Source of the DNA: Actinomycetota bacterium
Lineage (GTDB): Bacteria; Actinomycetota; Actinomycetes; S36-B12
Length of the DNA stretch: 64,000 bases
Direction of reading: 5' to 3'
Assembly (NCBI GenBank): GCA_005798555.1
Contig: SYJA01000003.1
Coordinates: forward strand, 2,626-66,625
Part shown: piece after piece, positions 1 through 10,149 of the stretch
Numbering within the stretch: position 1 is the stretch's first letter
Layout of the letters: each line of letters opens with the position of its first letter
Notes under the pieces: generated by a model
What the model was told of the DNA's origin: nothing
The model's input: the letters and a program-made list of their open reading frames with translations, nothing else
Databases searched by the model: none
Translations under genes and position numbers: made by a program

Positions 1-1
1 G

Positions 2-748
2 TTAACGGCACTAGCCGAGGCCGGTTACCACGCCATAGCGATGGACCTGCGCGGCTACGGCGGCTCTGACCACACTCCGCGCGGCTATGACCCGATGAGC
101 CTTTCGGCCGACGTCGCGGGTGTGATTCGCTGCCTTGGCGAATCCGAGGCGATCGTCATCGGCCATGGTTGGGGTGGCTTGATCGCCTGGTCAATGGCGG
201 TTACCCAACCAGACGCAGTCCGTGGCATCGTCACGGTTTCCGCCCCACATCCACGGTTGATGCGCCGGGCGGCACTGCGGCCACGGCAATTGGCGAAACT
301 GGGTTACCTTGCCGGTTTCCAACTTCCGTTCCTGCCGGAAAATTCATTCATGAAAGCTGACGGCAAGCGCATCAGTGACCTACTGACAAAGTGGTCGGCC
401 GACCCGGCTTGGGTTGACGAAGCCGGTGAGATGTATCGCGCGGCATTTCTGCGCTGGCCGACCGCGCATACCGCGATCGAATACCACCGTTGGTCGGTGC
501 GATCCCTGCTGCGTCCAGACGGCCTGCGGTATATGTCGGCCATGTCGACGTCAATCAAGAAAAATGTGCTCCAGATCCACGGTACCGAAGACCCAATGGT
601 GCTACTTGCTAGTTGTGAAGGCAGCGATAAGTACGTAAGTGGCGAATATAGTTTCCAGACCCTGCCGACCGGGCACTTCCCGCATGAGGAATCCCCGGCG
701 GCCTTTGGCGAACTCATCTTGCCTTGGCTCGCTAAACAGCATACTTAG
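2..748 (+). CDS. alpha/beta hydrolase (epoxide hydrolase-like), 5'-truncated by window edge
   Basis: Frame open from base 2 (LTALAEAGYHAIAMDLRGYGGSD); GHGWGG elbow region, HGTEDP, GHFPHEE. Confidence 0.85.
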   Translation, partial: LTALAEAGYHAIAMDLRGYGGSDHTPRGYDPMSLSADVAGVIRCLGESEAIVIGHGWGGLIAWSMAVTQPDAVRGIVTVSAPHPRLMRRAALRPRQLAKLGYLAGFQLPFLPENSFMKADGKRISDLLTKWSADPAWVDEAGEMYRAAFLRWPTAHTAIEYHRWSVRSLLRPDGLRYMSAMSTSIKKNVLQIHGTEDPMVLLASCEGSDKYVSGEYSFQTLPTGHFPHEESPAAFGELILPWLAKQHT

Positions 749-752
749 TTTC

Positions 753-1136
753 ATGCCGCGCCCGCGTGATCGCTACGGCCGCCCGCTCCCGCCCGATGCG
801 CCGGCAGCACAGATAACCCCCCCGGCGCCCGAAAAATCCAGCATCACCAGCGCCGCGGCCTGGAACGAGGCGATCAGCTATCTGAATCAGGACTTGCCCT
901 TTCACGCGCACGAAGTCTTCGAGCAGCGCTGGCGTTGCTGCCCGCCCGCCGAGCGTGACTGCTGGCGCGCACTTGCGCAATGGGGCGCAGCACTTACCCA
1001 CCTTGCCCGTGGCAACCCTAAGGGCACTCGTGAAGTAGCGCGCCGAGCAGTTGAGCTATTTAGCAACTGCACCATCGTCGCCCCGGTGGATAGTGAATTC
1101 GTCCTGAATTCGCTCGCCCGACTCATTAAAAAGTAG
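753..1136 (+). CDS. DUF309-family protein
   Basis: RPRDRYGRPLP N-terminus, FHAHEVFEQRW and LAQWGAALTHLARGN motifs; ATG at 753. Confidence 0.75.
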   Translation: MPRPRDRYGRPLPPDAPAAQITPPAPEKSSITSAAAWNEAISYLNQDLPFHAHEVFEQRWRCCPPAERDCWRALAQWGAALTHLARGNPKGTREVARRAVELFSNCTIVAPVDSEFVLNSLARLIKK

Positions 1137-1244
1137 TTTCGGGTGGCTAGGAACCGAGGACTACTTTGGGGGTGGGGATGCCAACTGGCGGCCGGGTAGG
1201 GCAGGGTTAGGTCACTGAGTCTATGTCGCGACCCGGAGGCACAA

Positions 1245-2609
1245 ATGACCCGCATTGCCCGGCTCGATGTCGAGACCCTCAAGCGCGAAGTCGAGGCCGG
1301 CAATATCGACACCGTCGCCGTCGCCATCACCGACATGCAAGGGCGCCTGCAGGGCAAGCGGATTCACGCACACTATTTCGTTGACGAGGTCCTGGGCCAT
1401 GGCACCGAGGGCTGCAACTACCTCCTTGCCGTCGACGTCGACATGAAAACCGTCGATGGCTACGCGATGTCATCGTGGGAGACCGGTTACGGCGACCTAG
1501 TGATGCGCCCCGACCTTGGTACCTTGCACTACCAACCGTGGCAGCCCGGCACCGTTGGGGTGTTATGCGATGTGCTCTGGCAGGACGGCTCCGAGGTCGT
1601 CGCATCACCGCGCCAGATCCTGCGAAGGCAACTCGCTCGCCTGGCTGATGCGGGTATGGGTGCCTTCGTTGGCACCGAGCTTGAGTTCATCGTGTTCATG
1701 GATTCCTATGAAGAAGCATGGGAGAGCGGGTACCGCGACCTGACTCCCGCGAATCTTTATAACGTTGATTACTCAATGCTCGGCACCGCACGGGTCGAAC
1801 CACTGCTTCGCCGCATCCGGAATGAGATGACCGCAGCCGGCATGACAGTTGAAAGTGCCAAGGGCGAGTGCAATCTCGGACAGCATGAGATCGCCTTCAA
1901 GTACACCGATGCACTAGCGACCTGCGACAACCATGTGGTTTACAAGACCGGGGCTAAGGAGATAGCCGCCCAAGAAGGCGTTTCTCTCACCTTCATGGCC
2001 AAGTTCAATGAGCGCGAGGGCAGTTCCTGCCACATTCACCTATCCTTCCGCGGCAACGACGGCTCGATGGTGATGGCTGATGATAACGACCCGTCTGGGA
2101 TGTCGGCGTTGGGTAAAGCATTCATCGCCGGTCAGTTGGCACATATTGATGAACTCACGCTGCTCTACGCACCCCAGATCAACTCTTATAAGCGCTTCGT
2201 CCCCGGTTCCTTCGCGCCAACAGCGGTGCGCTGGGGTCGCGATAACCGCACCTGCGCTTTCCGGCTTGTCGGCCACGGTCAATCACTTCGCCTTGAGAAC
2301 CGAGTTCCAGGCGGTGATGTAAATCCGTATCTCGCCGTCGCCGGGATGATCGCTGCCGGCCTAGATGGCGTCGAGCGCAACTTGCCACTGGAGCCGGAGT
2401 TCGAAGGCAATGCCTACTCGAGTGCTTCAGCCCATGTGGCTTCTGACATGCGCGACGCCCTCGAGCTCTGGGAGTCCTCGACCTGGATAACCGACACCTT
2501 CGGTGCCTCGGTGCAGGAGCACTACTCGAATATGGCGAGGGTGGAACTAGCCGCCTTCGGCAAGGCGGTTACCGACTGGGAGCGCTATCGCAGCTTCGAA
2601 CGCCTCTAG
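1245..2609 (+). CDS. glnA4: GlnA4-type glutamine synthetase-like gamma-glutamyl-amine ligase
   Basis: DMQGRLQGKR, GTEGCNYLLAVD..MSSW..GYGD as in Streptomyces/Mycobacterium GlnA4; ESAKGECNLGQHEI, SSCHIHLS, NSYKRF.PGSFAP, RLENRVPG; GGAGG RBS. Confidence 0.85.
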   Translation: MTRIARLDVETLKREVEAGNIDTVAVAITDMQGRLQGKRIHAHYFVDEVLGHGTEGCNYLLAVDVDMKTVDGYAMSSWETGYGDLVMRPDLGTLHYQPWQPGTVGVLCDVLWQDGSEVVASPRQILRRQLARLADAGMGAFVGTELEFIVFMDSYEEAWESGYRDLTPANLYNVDYSMLGTARVEPLLRRIRNEMTAAGMTVESAKGECNLGQHEIAFKYTDALATCDNHVVYKTGAKEIAAQEGVSLTFMAKFNEREGSSCHIHLSFRGNDGSMVMADDNDPSGMSALGKAFIAGQLAHIDELTLLYAPQINSYKRFVPGSFAPTAVRWGRDNRTCAFRLVGHGQSLRLENRVPGGDVNPYLAVAGMIAAGLDGVERNLPLEPEFEGNAYSSASAHVASDMRDALELWESSTWITDTFGASVQEHYSNMARVELAAFGKAVTDWERYRSFERL

Positions 2610-2651
2610 ACCCAGCACCCTCACCGCCGAATTCACTACTCAGGAGACGAA

Positions 2652-4010
2652 ATGCACGCCGTAATCAACCCCGCTACCGAAGAGGTAGTTGCCAAGATCG
2701 CGGCAACTTCCGCTGAGGAAGCAGACCACGCCATCGCCAGAGCACATGCGGCATTTGACTCCTGGCGTGCCATCGCGCCTGGCGATCGAGCGAATCTGCT
2801 GCGCAGGTTTTCTGATGTAGTACGCGAGCATGTTGAGGAACTGGCGTTGCTTGAAGTCAAGAACTCCGGTCACACCATCGGCAATGCCCGCTGGGAGGCC
2901 AATAACGTCGCGAACGTCCTGAACTACTACGCCGGCGCCCCGGAGCGGCTCTTCGGGCAGCAGATCCCGGTGCCGGGGGGAGTCGACATAACTTTCAAGG
3001 AGCCACTTGGCGTGGTCGGGGTGATTGTGCCGTGGAACTTCCCGATGCCAATTGCCGGCTGGGGGTTCGCGCCCGCCTTGGCCGCAGGGTGCACCGTGGT
3101 GCTGAAGCCAGCGGAGCTAACTCCCCTCACCGCCATCCGCTTGGGTGAATTGGCCCTTGTCGCAGGTATCCCGGAAGACGTCTTCAGCGTCCTACCCGGC
3201 AAGGGATCGATCGTGGGTCAGCGGTTCGTTGACAACCCGCTCGTGCGCAAAGTGGTTTTCACCGGGTCAACATCGGTGGGTGCGGCAGTCATGGCCGGAT
3301 GTGCATCACAAATCAAGCCGGTAACCCTTGAGTTGGGCGGCAAGAGCGCGAATATTGTTTTCGCCGACGCCGATATCGAGAAAGCCGCGGCCACCGCGCC
3401 GTATGGGGTGTTCGATAACGCCGGCCAGGATTGCTGTGCGAGATCACGCATCTTGGTGCAACGCTCAGTACTAGATCGATTCATGGGGCTGTTAGAGACC
3501 GCCGTCAAGGGCGTCGTCGTTGGCGACCCGACACTCGAGCAAACCGAGATGGGTCCACTTATTTCACGCGGGCAACATGACACTGTTTCTTCGTATGTGC
3601 CAAGCGATGCCCCCGTCGCATTCCAAGGTAGTTGCCCAAGCGGGCCGGGCTACTGGTTCGCCCCGACCGTTCTGGCCCCGGTAGCGCCCAGTGCCCGGGC
3701 ATTTCGCGAGGAGATTTTCGGCCCGGTTGTTGTGGTGACCGCCTTCGAGGATGAAGCAGATGCGATCGCCTTGGCAAATGATTCAGAGTTTGGGCTTTCA
3801 GGCTCCATCTGGACGCGAGATGTCGGTCGCGCCCTGCGTGTTGCCCGTGGAGTCGAAGCCGGCAACCTCTCGGTGAACTCCCACTCCTCGGTTCGCTACT
3901 GGACCCCGTTCGGCGGCTTCAAGCGCTCCGGGCTCGGCCGTGAACTCGGCCCTGATGCACCAGATGCCTTCACCGAAACCAAGAATGTTTTCCTGAGTAC
4001 CGAGGACTAA
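2652..4010 (+). CDS. NAD-dependent aldehyde dehydrogenase (AldC-like, gamma-glutamyl-aldehyde pathway)
   Basis: PWNFP, FTGST, LELGGKS, AGQDCCAR, EEIFGP; follows glnA4. Confidence 0.9.
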   Translation: MHAVINPATEEVVAKIAATSAEEADHAIARAHAAFDSWRAIAPGDRANLLRRFSDVVREHVEELALLEVKNSGHTIGNARWEANNVANVLNYYAGAPERLFGQQIPVPGGVDITFKEPLGVVGVIVPWNFPMPIAGWGFAPALAAGCTVVLKPAELTPLTAIRLGELALVAGIPEDVFSVLPGKGSIVGQRFVDNPLVRKVVFTGSTSVGAAVMAGCASQIKPVTLELGGKSANIVFADADIEKAAATAPYGVFDNAGQDCCARSRILVQRSVLDRFMGLLETAVKGVVVGDPTLEQTEMGPLISRGQHDTVSSYVPSDAPVAFQGSCPSGPGYWFAPTVLAPVAPSARAFREEIFGPVVVVTAFEDEADAIALANDSEFGLSGSIWTRDVGRALRVARGVEAGNLSVNSHSSVRYWTPFGGFKRSGLGRELGPDAPDAFTETKNVFLSTED

Positions 4011-4054
4011 GTTCACCACCAGCAGCGATCCCACTTATTAGGAATTGAGGAATC

Positions 4055-4834
4055 ATGAGTGACAGCAACTGCCGCAGACTCGTTGGTCGGGTCGCGGTCG
4101 TAACCGGCGGGGCCAGTGGCATTGGCCTGGCAACGGTTCGACGGTTCGCTGACGAAGGTGCACTTGTCGTCATCGGTGACGTTGACCCGACAACCGGTGA
4201 GGCCGCCGCGGCCGAAGTCGGCGGCCTATTCATCAAAACCGATGTCACTGACGCCGACCAGGTCGCTGCCATGTTTCAGGCGGCGAAGGATACCTACGGC
4301 AGCGTAGACATCGCCTTCAACAATGCGGGCATCTCACCACCCGATGACGACTCAATCTTGGAGACCGGCATCGACGCCTGGCGTCGAGTCCAAGAAGTCA
4401 ACCTCACCTCGGTGTTTCTTTGCTGCAAGGCGGTGCTGCCCTACATGCTCGAGCAAGGCAAGGGTTCGATCATCAACACGGCTTCATTCGTAGCCACCAT
4501 GGCCGCCGCCACTTCGCAGATCTCCTACACGGCCTCAAAGGGCGGTGTCCTCGCAATGAGCCGCGAGCTCGGCGTGCAATTCGCACGCTCCGGGGTGCGG
4601 GTCAATGCCCTTTCCCCCGGACCGGTGAACACTCCTTTGCTGATTGAGCTCTTCGCCAAGGATCCGGAGCGCGCAGCTCGTCGCCTAGTCCACATTCCGT
4701 TCGGCCGCTTTGGTGAGCCCGATGAGATTGCCGCCGCGGTCGCCTTCTTGGCCAGCGATGACTCGTCGTTTATCACCGCAGCTAACTTCTTGGTCGACGG
4801 TGGGATCTCCGGGGCGTACGTCACCCCGCTATAA
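4055..4834 (+). CDS. short-chain dehydrogenase/reductase
   Basis: TGGASGIG, NNAG, YTASK; typical third gene of glnA4 clusters. Confidence 0.9.
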   Translation: MSDSNCRRLVGRVAVVTGGASGIGLATVRRFADEGALVVIGDVDPTTGEAAAAEVGGLFIKTDVTDADQVAAMFQAAKDTYGSVDIAFNNAGISPPDDDSILETGIDAWRRVQEVNLTSVFLCCKAVLPYMLEQGKGSIINTASFVATMAAATSQISYTASKGGVLAMSRELGVQFARSGVRVNALSPGPVNTPLLIELFAKDPERAARRLVHIPFGRFGEPDEIAAAVAFLASDDSSFITAANFLVDGGISGAYVTPL

Positions 4835-4835
4835 A

Positions 4836-4887
4836 AACCTGCTCGCTCCGTCAAAAATCGCCACGGAAATGACGGATCGAGCAGGTT
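4836..4887. terminator. long hairpin, probable bidirectional terminator between convergent genes
   Basis: aacctgctcgctccgtca ... tgacggatcgagcaggtt inverted repeat (one mismatch). Confidence 0.7.
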
Positions 4888-4905
4888 CAAGGACCGGGTT
4901 AGCGG

Positions 4906-5616
4906 TCAGGTGCGGTAGCTGCTCGCCGCGGCCAAGAAGGCGCCGATCAGGTTCGCATCGGGAACCCTGCGGTCTGGGTGCTCCGGATGCCACTGCACCC
5001 CGAGGCAGAAGTCAGCGCCCAAGTCCTCGCAAACTTCGATGGTGCCGTCAGCGGCCCATCCGGTCACCGTTAGATCACCGGGGCTGTCAATGCCTTGGTG
5101 GTGCGAGGAGTTGACGGTGGTTGCGGTGGTGCCCATTACCTGGGCAATGAGCGAACCGGGGGCGAAAGTGGCTTCGTGTTCCACGAACTGCCCGGGCACT
5201 TCACGGTGCACCGTGGCCAGCCCCAGATCGGGCAGGTTCTGGATCAGCGTGCCGCCGTGTGCCACCGCCATGATCTGCAGGCCGCGGCAGATACCCAGCA
5301 CGGGCATCCCGCGCTCCCGTGCCCCTCGGTAGAGCAAGGTTTCAGATTCATCCCTTGACTCACGTGGCGCATCCGCCGTCCCATGGGGTGCGGCGCCGTA
5401 GCGGCGTGCATCGACGTCGGCGCCGCCAACGAGTACCAAGCCGTCAAGGCGGTCCAAGGCGTCGGCGTTGGTCGCAGGGGGTAGCAACACGATCCGCCCA
5501 CCGGCATCTTGGAACAGGTCTAGATACCAGTGCGGGAGTTCGGCCGCCTTGATATCCCAAGCCCCCCATTTGGCCTGCTCGAAGTAGACGGAGACACCGA
5601 CCACGGGCGCTGACAT
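4906..5616 (-). CDS. gamma-glutamyl-gamma-aminobutyrate hydrolase family (peptidase C26, PuuD-like)
   Basis: GGADVD, LGICRGLQ (Cys), VNSSHHQ, GVQWHPE (His/Glu). Confidence 0.9.
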   Translation of the reverse strand: MSAPVVGVSVYFEQAKWGAWDIKAAELPHWYLDLFQDAGGRIVLLPPATNADALDRLDGLVLVGGADVDARRYGAAPHGTADAPRESRDESETLLYRGARERGMPVLGICRGLQIMAVAHGGTLIQNLPDLGLATVHREVPGQFVEHEATFAPGSLIAQVMGTTATTVNSSHHQGIDSPGDLTVTGWAADGTIEVCEDLGADFCLGVQWHPEHPDRRVPDANLIGAFLAAASSYRT

Positions 5617-5663
5617 CCGGCAATGCTCTCACAGCCGCGACCCCATGCCGTAGATTGCCCAGC

Positions 5664-6848
5664 GTGCAATCTGATCTAACCTCGCTCCTCGTCATCGTCT
5701 CGATCGCCGCCATCGTGCCGCTGATCGTCGGGCTCACCAGGGTCAAGGTTGCCGAGGTGGTGCTGCTCCTGGTCGGAGGGATCGTCTTTGGTCCATACGT
5801 CCTGAACTGGATGCAGGTGGACGCCGCCATTGGCCTCCTCGCCGAGATGGGCTTGGGCCTGCTTTTCTTCCTTGCCGGCAATGAACTAGAGCGGACCGCC
5901 ATCTCCGGCCGGACTGGCAAACTGGCCGCCATCGGCTGGGGCACTTCACTGCTCCTCGCCGGCCTGCTGACCGGTGGACTTTATGCAGTTGGCTTCGTTC
6001 AGGACTATTTAGGGATTGCGATCGCGCTCACCACAACTGCCCTCGGTACCTTACTGCCGGTGCTGCGCGATGCTGGGGAATCGAAGACGCGTTTTGGGAC
6101 GTTTTTCATGGGGGCTGGGGTGTGGGGGGAATTTGGCCCGATCATCGCGATCGCTATTTTGTTCGGTACCCAGTCATCGTTCGGAGCGATTTTGTCCCTT
6201 GCCGCCTTTGCGATTGTCGCCTTAATCGTGGCACTGCTACCGCAGCGATTGAACAACCCTCGGGTGCGGGCGGTGCTGCAGCGCGGATACGGCACCAGCT
6301 CGCAAACCGCGGTGCGCATCACCATGTTGCTGCTCATATTTCTCTTGACCTTGGCCTCAGGTTTTGGATTGGACGCAGTCCTCGGTGCCTTCATTGCCGG
6401 CATCATCGTGCGGCGCTACGCACCACGCAGTGAAGATTCCATGCTGCATGGCCGGATCGAAGGGATAGCTTTCGGATTCTTCATTCCAATTTTCTTCATT
6501 GTCTCCGGCGCAAACCTGGATGTCATGTCAATTATTCAGAACCCACTTGTCCTCATCGTTTTCTTCGTGCTACTACTACTGGTTCGCGGGCTACCGCAAT
6601 TCTTCATTTACCGTAAGGCGATGCCCGATGCCTTCCAGCGCGGGCGCTTCTCCTTGCTTGTTGCCACCGGGCTCCCGGTGATCGTCGCGATTACCACCTT
6701 GCAAGTCGAAGCCGGTGAGATGCTGCCCCAGAACGCGGCTGGGTTGGTCGGCGCTGGCGCCCTTTCGGTTCTAGTTTTTCCGCTGCTTGCCAATGCACTC
6801 GGAAGAAAGGTGCGAAACCCGCTACCCGAGGAAGAGCAGGTTAATTAA
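5664..6848 (+). CDS. cation:proton antiporter (CPA2/Kef-type)
   Basis: Many hydrophobic helices, LLFFLAGNE, LGAFIAG, FFIPIFFIVSG; TAGATT -10 seven bases before GTG. Confidence 0.8.
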   Translation: MQSDLTSLLVIVSIAAIVPLIVGLTRVKVAEVVLLLVGGIVFGPYVLNWMQVDAAIGLLAEMGLGLLFFLAGNELERTAISGRTGKLAAIGWGTSLLLAGLLTGGLYAVGFVQDYLGIAIALTTTALGTLLPVLRDAGESKTRFGTFFMGAGVWGEFGPIIAIAILFGTQSSFGAILSLAAFAIVALIVALLPQRLNNPRVRAVLQRGYGTSSQTAVRITMLLLIFLLTLASGFGLDAVLGAFIAGIIVRRYAPRSEDSMLHGRIEGIAFGFFIPIFFIVSGANLDVMSIIQNPLVLIVFFVLLLLVRGLPQFFIYRKAMPDAFQRGRFSLLVATGLPVIVAITTLQVEAGEMLPQNAAGLVGAGALSVLVFPLLANALGRKVRNPLPEEEQVN

Positions 6849-6857
6849 GTCCAGCGC

Positions 6858-7808
6858 TTAGGCGCGAGCCGCATACACCGCGTGCAAGGCAATGCCCGCA
6901 GCGACCGCAGCGTTTAGGGACTCCGTAGAACTGTTCATGTCAATTCGCGCCAGCCAGTCGCAGGTCTCGCCGACCAATCGCGATAAACCTTCGCCCTCAG
7001 CCCCAATCACGAGTACCACCCGATCGGTCAACGTGCCGCCGGGCAGGCCACCTAAGTTCGTGGCACCATCGGCGGCCAGCCCAATGACGGTGAAGCCCTT
7101 TTTCTGCAAGGACTGCAGGGCGCGAGTCAGGTTCGGCACCTGGGCAACAGGCACGCGCGCCAGTGCTCCGGCCGACGTCTTCCACGCCCCAGCGCTAATA
7201 CCCGCTGCACGCCGGGTCGGGATGACGATGCCATCAGCACCGAAGGCAGCAGCTGACCGGGCAACGGCACCCAGATTGCGCGGGTCGGTCACCCCATCGA
7301 GTGCGACGAGGAGTCGGCCCCCGCTGATAGCCGCAAGGTCGGCATACTCATATGGCGGCATCGTGAGGACCAAACCTTGATGCACGGCATTGTGGGTCAT
7401 TTCATCAAGATCGGCTCGGGAGATTTCGAACATCGGGACGTTCTGCGCTACCGCCAGGCGAAGGGCCTCGCGCAGCCGATCGTCAGCGTCCAATTTAACC
7501 TGTACGTATAAGGCCTTGGCTGGTACTCGTGCCCGCAGCGCCTCAACCACAGAGTTGCGCCCGATAAGCAGGTCAGCGGTATCGCGTGTGCGACCACCGG
7601 AGGGGCGAGCAGTCTTCTTAGCTGTCTCCTGAATGCGGACTGACGCACGTTCGCGCCGCCCAGCAGGGTGGTGCGGGCGCTCAACCGCCTTCGGCGTCGG
7701 GCCTTTGCCCTTGAGTTGCTTGCGGCGCTGACCTCCCGAGCCAACCGTCGCCCCCTTCTTGCTGCCCTCACTTCGCATAGCGCCACGACGCTGTGAATTA
7801 CCGGCCAT
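6858..7808 (-). CDS. rlmB: 23S rRNA (Gm2251) 2'-O-methyltransferase RlmB
   Basis: MAGNSQRRGA N-terminus, GRNSVVEAL, LDGVTDPRNLGA, GAEGEG, ESLNAAVA. Confidence 0.93.
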   Translation of the reverse strand: MAGNSQRRGAMRSEGSKKGATVGSGGQRRKQLKGKGPTPKAVERPHHPAGRRERASVRIQETAKKTARPSGGRTRDTADLLIGRNSVVEALRARVPAKALYVQVKLDADDRLREALRLAVAQNVPMFEISRADLDEMTHNAVHQGLVLTMPPYEYADLAAISGGRLLVALDGVTDPRNLGAVARSAAAFGADGIVIPTRRAAGISAGAWKTSAGALARVPVAQVPNLTRALQSLQKKGFTVIGLAADGATNLGGLPGGTLTDRVVLVIGAEGEGLSRLVGETCDWLARIDMNSSTESLNAAVAAGIALHAVYAARA

Positions 7809-7810
7809 GA

Positions 7811-9226
7811 CTATTGCTCCAAAGTCCAGCGGGCACCTTCGGGGGTGTCCTCGATGCGGATACCGATGGCATCAAGGCCATCGCGGATTGCATCAGACGC
7901 GGCAAAATCCTTACGCGCCCGCGCTTCTTGCCTTTGTTCCAGTGCCACCTGCACCAGCGCATCGATAACTGAATCAGTGTCGGCTCGACCTACCTGCGCC
8001 CAGGACTTCGACCACGGATTAAGGCCAAGGATGTCGAGCATTGCGACAGTCGCCGACAATGCCTCGGTTACCAGGCCCGTGTCCTTAGCGGTCAACGCCG
8101 CATTGCCGCCGCGCACTGTCTCATGGAGTACTGCGAATGCCTGCGGCACTGCGAGGTCGTCATTCATCGCCGCGTCAAATGCCTCAGGTCTAGATGAGGG
8201 ATTAGGGGTAAGCAACTGTGGATCTGTGCCTAGGAATTCATGGCCACGTTGCAAGAATCCCTCAATCCGGCGAAACCCTTGCCCGGCTTCGTTTACCGAT
8301 TCATCGGAGTACTCAAGCATTGAGCGGTAATGCGCACCCACCAAGTAGTAGCGCAACTCAATCGGGCGAACGCGCTTGATGACCTCGTCAACCAACAAGG
8401 AATTACCCAGGGACTTACTCATCTTCTCGCCAGCGGTGGTAACCCACGCATTGTGCACCCAATAGTTGGCGAATGGGTTTCCGGCGGCCTTCGATTGCGC
8501 TATCTCATTCTCGTGGTGCGGGAAGATCAAGTCGAGCCCGCCACCATGGATATCAAATTGCGGACCTAGGTACTTCTCGGCCATCGCCGAGCACTCAATA
8601 TGCCATCCCGGACGGCCCGGGCCCCAAGGGGTGTGCCAATGCGGTTCACCCGGCTTGGCCGATTTCCACATTGCAAAATCACGGGCATCACGTTTGATCT
8701 GCGCTTGGGAGTCCGGCGATGCCAACATGTCATCAATGCGTTGACCACTTAACTTCCCGTAGCCATCAAAGGCACGAACATCGAAATAGACATCGCCTGC
8801 CACCGCATAGCCAAAACCCGAAGCGATCAATTGCTGCATCATCGCGATCATCTCAGGGATATGCCCGGTCGCACGCGGTTCATAAGTTGGCGGTAGGCAA
8901 CCGAGAGCATCGTAGGCCCGGTTGAAGGCCCGCTCATTGCGCATCGCGACAACCCAATAAGGGACATCTTCATGTCCCGCGTTATGGATGATCTTGTCGT
9001 CAATATCGGTGACATTACGAATGAAGGTGACGTCCATGCCCTGGCCGGTCAACCACCGGAGTAGCACATCAAAGGCCACCCCACTGCGAATATGCCCGAC
9101 GTGCGGGGGCGCCTGCACGGTCGCACCGCAAAGGTAAATGCCAACCTGGCCTGGGGTAATCGGGGTGAACTCGCGCACCGAGCGCGTGGCAGTGTCATAT
9201 AAGGACAGGGTGGAAGGCACAGGCAC
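7811..9226 (-). CDS. cysS: cysteine--tRNA ligase
   Basis: YLCGATVQ..PHVGH, GRPGWHIECS, FPHHENE, KMSKS. Confidence 0.97.
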   Translation of the reverse strand: MPVPSTLSLYDTATRSVREFTPITPGQVGIYLCGATVQAPPHVGHIRSGVAFDVLLRWLTGQGMDVTFIRNVTDIDDKIIHNAGHEDVPYWVVAMRNERAFNRAYDALGCLPPTYEPRATGHIPEMIAMMQQLIASGFGYAVAGDVYFDVRAFDGYGKLSGQRIDDMLASPDSQAQIKRDARDFAMWKSAKPGEPHWHTPWGPGRPGWHIECSAMAEKYLGPQFDIHGGGLDLIFPHHENEIAQSKAAGNPFANYWVHNAWVTTAGEKMSKSLGNSLLVDEVIKRVRPIELRYYLVGAHYRSMLEYSDESVNEAGQGFRRIEGFLQRGHEFLGTDPQLLTPNPSSRPEAFDAAMNDDLAVPQAFAVLHETVRGGNAALTAKDTGLVTEALSATVAMLDILGLNPWSKSWAQVGRADTDSVIDALVQVALEQRQEARARKDFAASDAIRDGLDAIGIRIEDTPEGARWTLEQ

Positions 9227-9229
9227 AGG

Positions 9230-9631
9230 CTACCGCTGGAGCGTGACGATCTTTTCCGGCGTGATGCGGACGACCACCCGCACGTTATCGGTGCCGTCAT
9301 CAAAGGCGTATCTATCCAGGCCCAGATACGCCTTCGCGGCTCGGTCGATCAACTCACGGCCACCTGATTCGGTCATCGTGGCAGTGCCCCGGACCTCAAC
9401 GTATGAGTAGGGGTTGTCCTTCGGGTAAACCAGCAGGGTGACCCGCGGGTCACTTTCCATGTTGAGGTGCTTGCGGCGCCCCTTGACGGTGGAGACCAGC
9501 AAGTCATTGCCGTCGCGCTCAACCCAGACGACTGACAGGTGCGGCTGGCCATCAGGGAGCAAGGTGGCGATGGTCGCGAATTCCGGGTCATCAAACCAGG
9601 GTTTTACCTCGTCGGGGATCTGGGTTGTCAT
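9230..9631 (-). CDS. PPOX-class F420-dependent oxidoreductase
   Basis: ATIATLLPDGQPHLSVVW, K..N...DPRVTL, YVEVRGTA. Confidence 0.85.
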   Translation of the reverse strand: MTTQIPDEVKPWFDDPEFATIATLLPDGQPHLSVVWVERDGNDLLVSTVKGRRKHLNMESDPRVTLLVYPKDNPYSYVEVRGTATMTESGGRELIDRAAKAYLGLDRYAFDDGTDNVRVVVRITPEKIVTLQR

Positions 9632-9648
9632 AACCCGAGATCCTAGGT

Positions 9649-10149
9649 CTAGTCAGCGGTGGGTAAGACACTGGCAACGGCTACTGCGGCCAGCCCCTCG
9701 CCGCGGCCGGTCAAGCCAAGGCCATCGGTGGTGGTGCCGGCGATCCGGACCGGTGCGCCGATCGCCGCCGAGAGCACGTCTTGGGCCTCTTGGCGCCGCG
9801 ACCCAACTCGGGGTTGATTGCCGATTATCTGCACACTGGCATTGCCGATCTCGAACCCCCCTTGCCGCACCAAGGACGCTACCTCGGATAACAAGGTCAC
9901 CCCGGAGGCTCCCGAATACTTAGAGTCGTCGGTGCCGAAAACCGATCCAAGGTCTCCGAGGCCGGCGGCCCCGAGCAGGGCATCACAGATGGCATGCGCG
10001 GCGACATCAGCGTCTGAATGCCCGCTGAGCCCAACGGCCTCGGGCCAGTACAAGCCGGCCAGCCAAAGCGGTCTGGTCGCGTCAAATGCGTGCACATCCA
10101 CCCCGATGCCAACAAGTGGTATCGGCAGCTGTTGGTTGCTAGACGCCAC
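9649..10149 (-). CDS. ispF: 2-C-methyl-D-erythritol 2,4-cyclodiphosphate synthase
   Basis: [39 protein letters not shown]. Confidence 0.95.
   Translation of the reverse strand: MASSNQQLPIPLVGIGVDVHAFDATRPLWLAGLYWPEAVGLSGHSDADVAAHAICDALLGAAGLGDLGSVFGTDDSKYSGASGVTLLSEVASLVRQGGFEIGNASVQIIGNQPRVGSRRQEAQDVLSAAIGAPVRIAGTTTDGLGLTGRGEGLAAVAVASVLPTAD

Noticed and set aside
9230-9631. F420-dependent PPOX gene between ispF and cysS as a novel insertion
   Set aside because: Small, common actinobacterial gene with no compositional anomaly or flanking repeats; not evidence of a new system.
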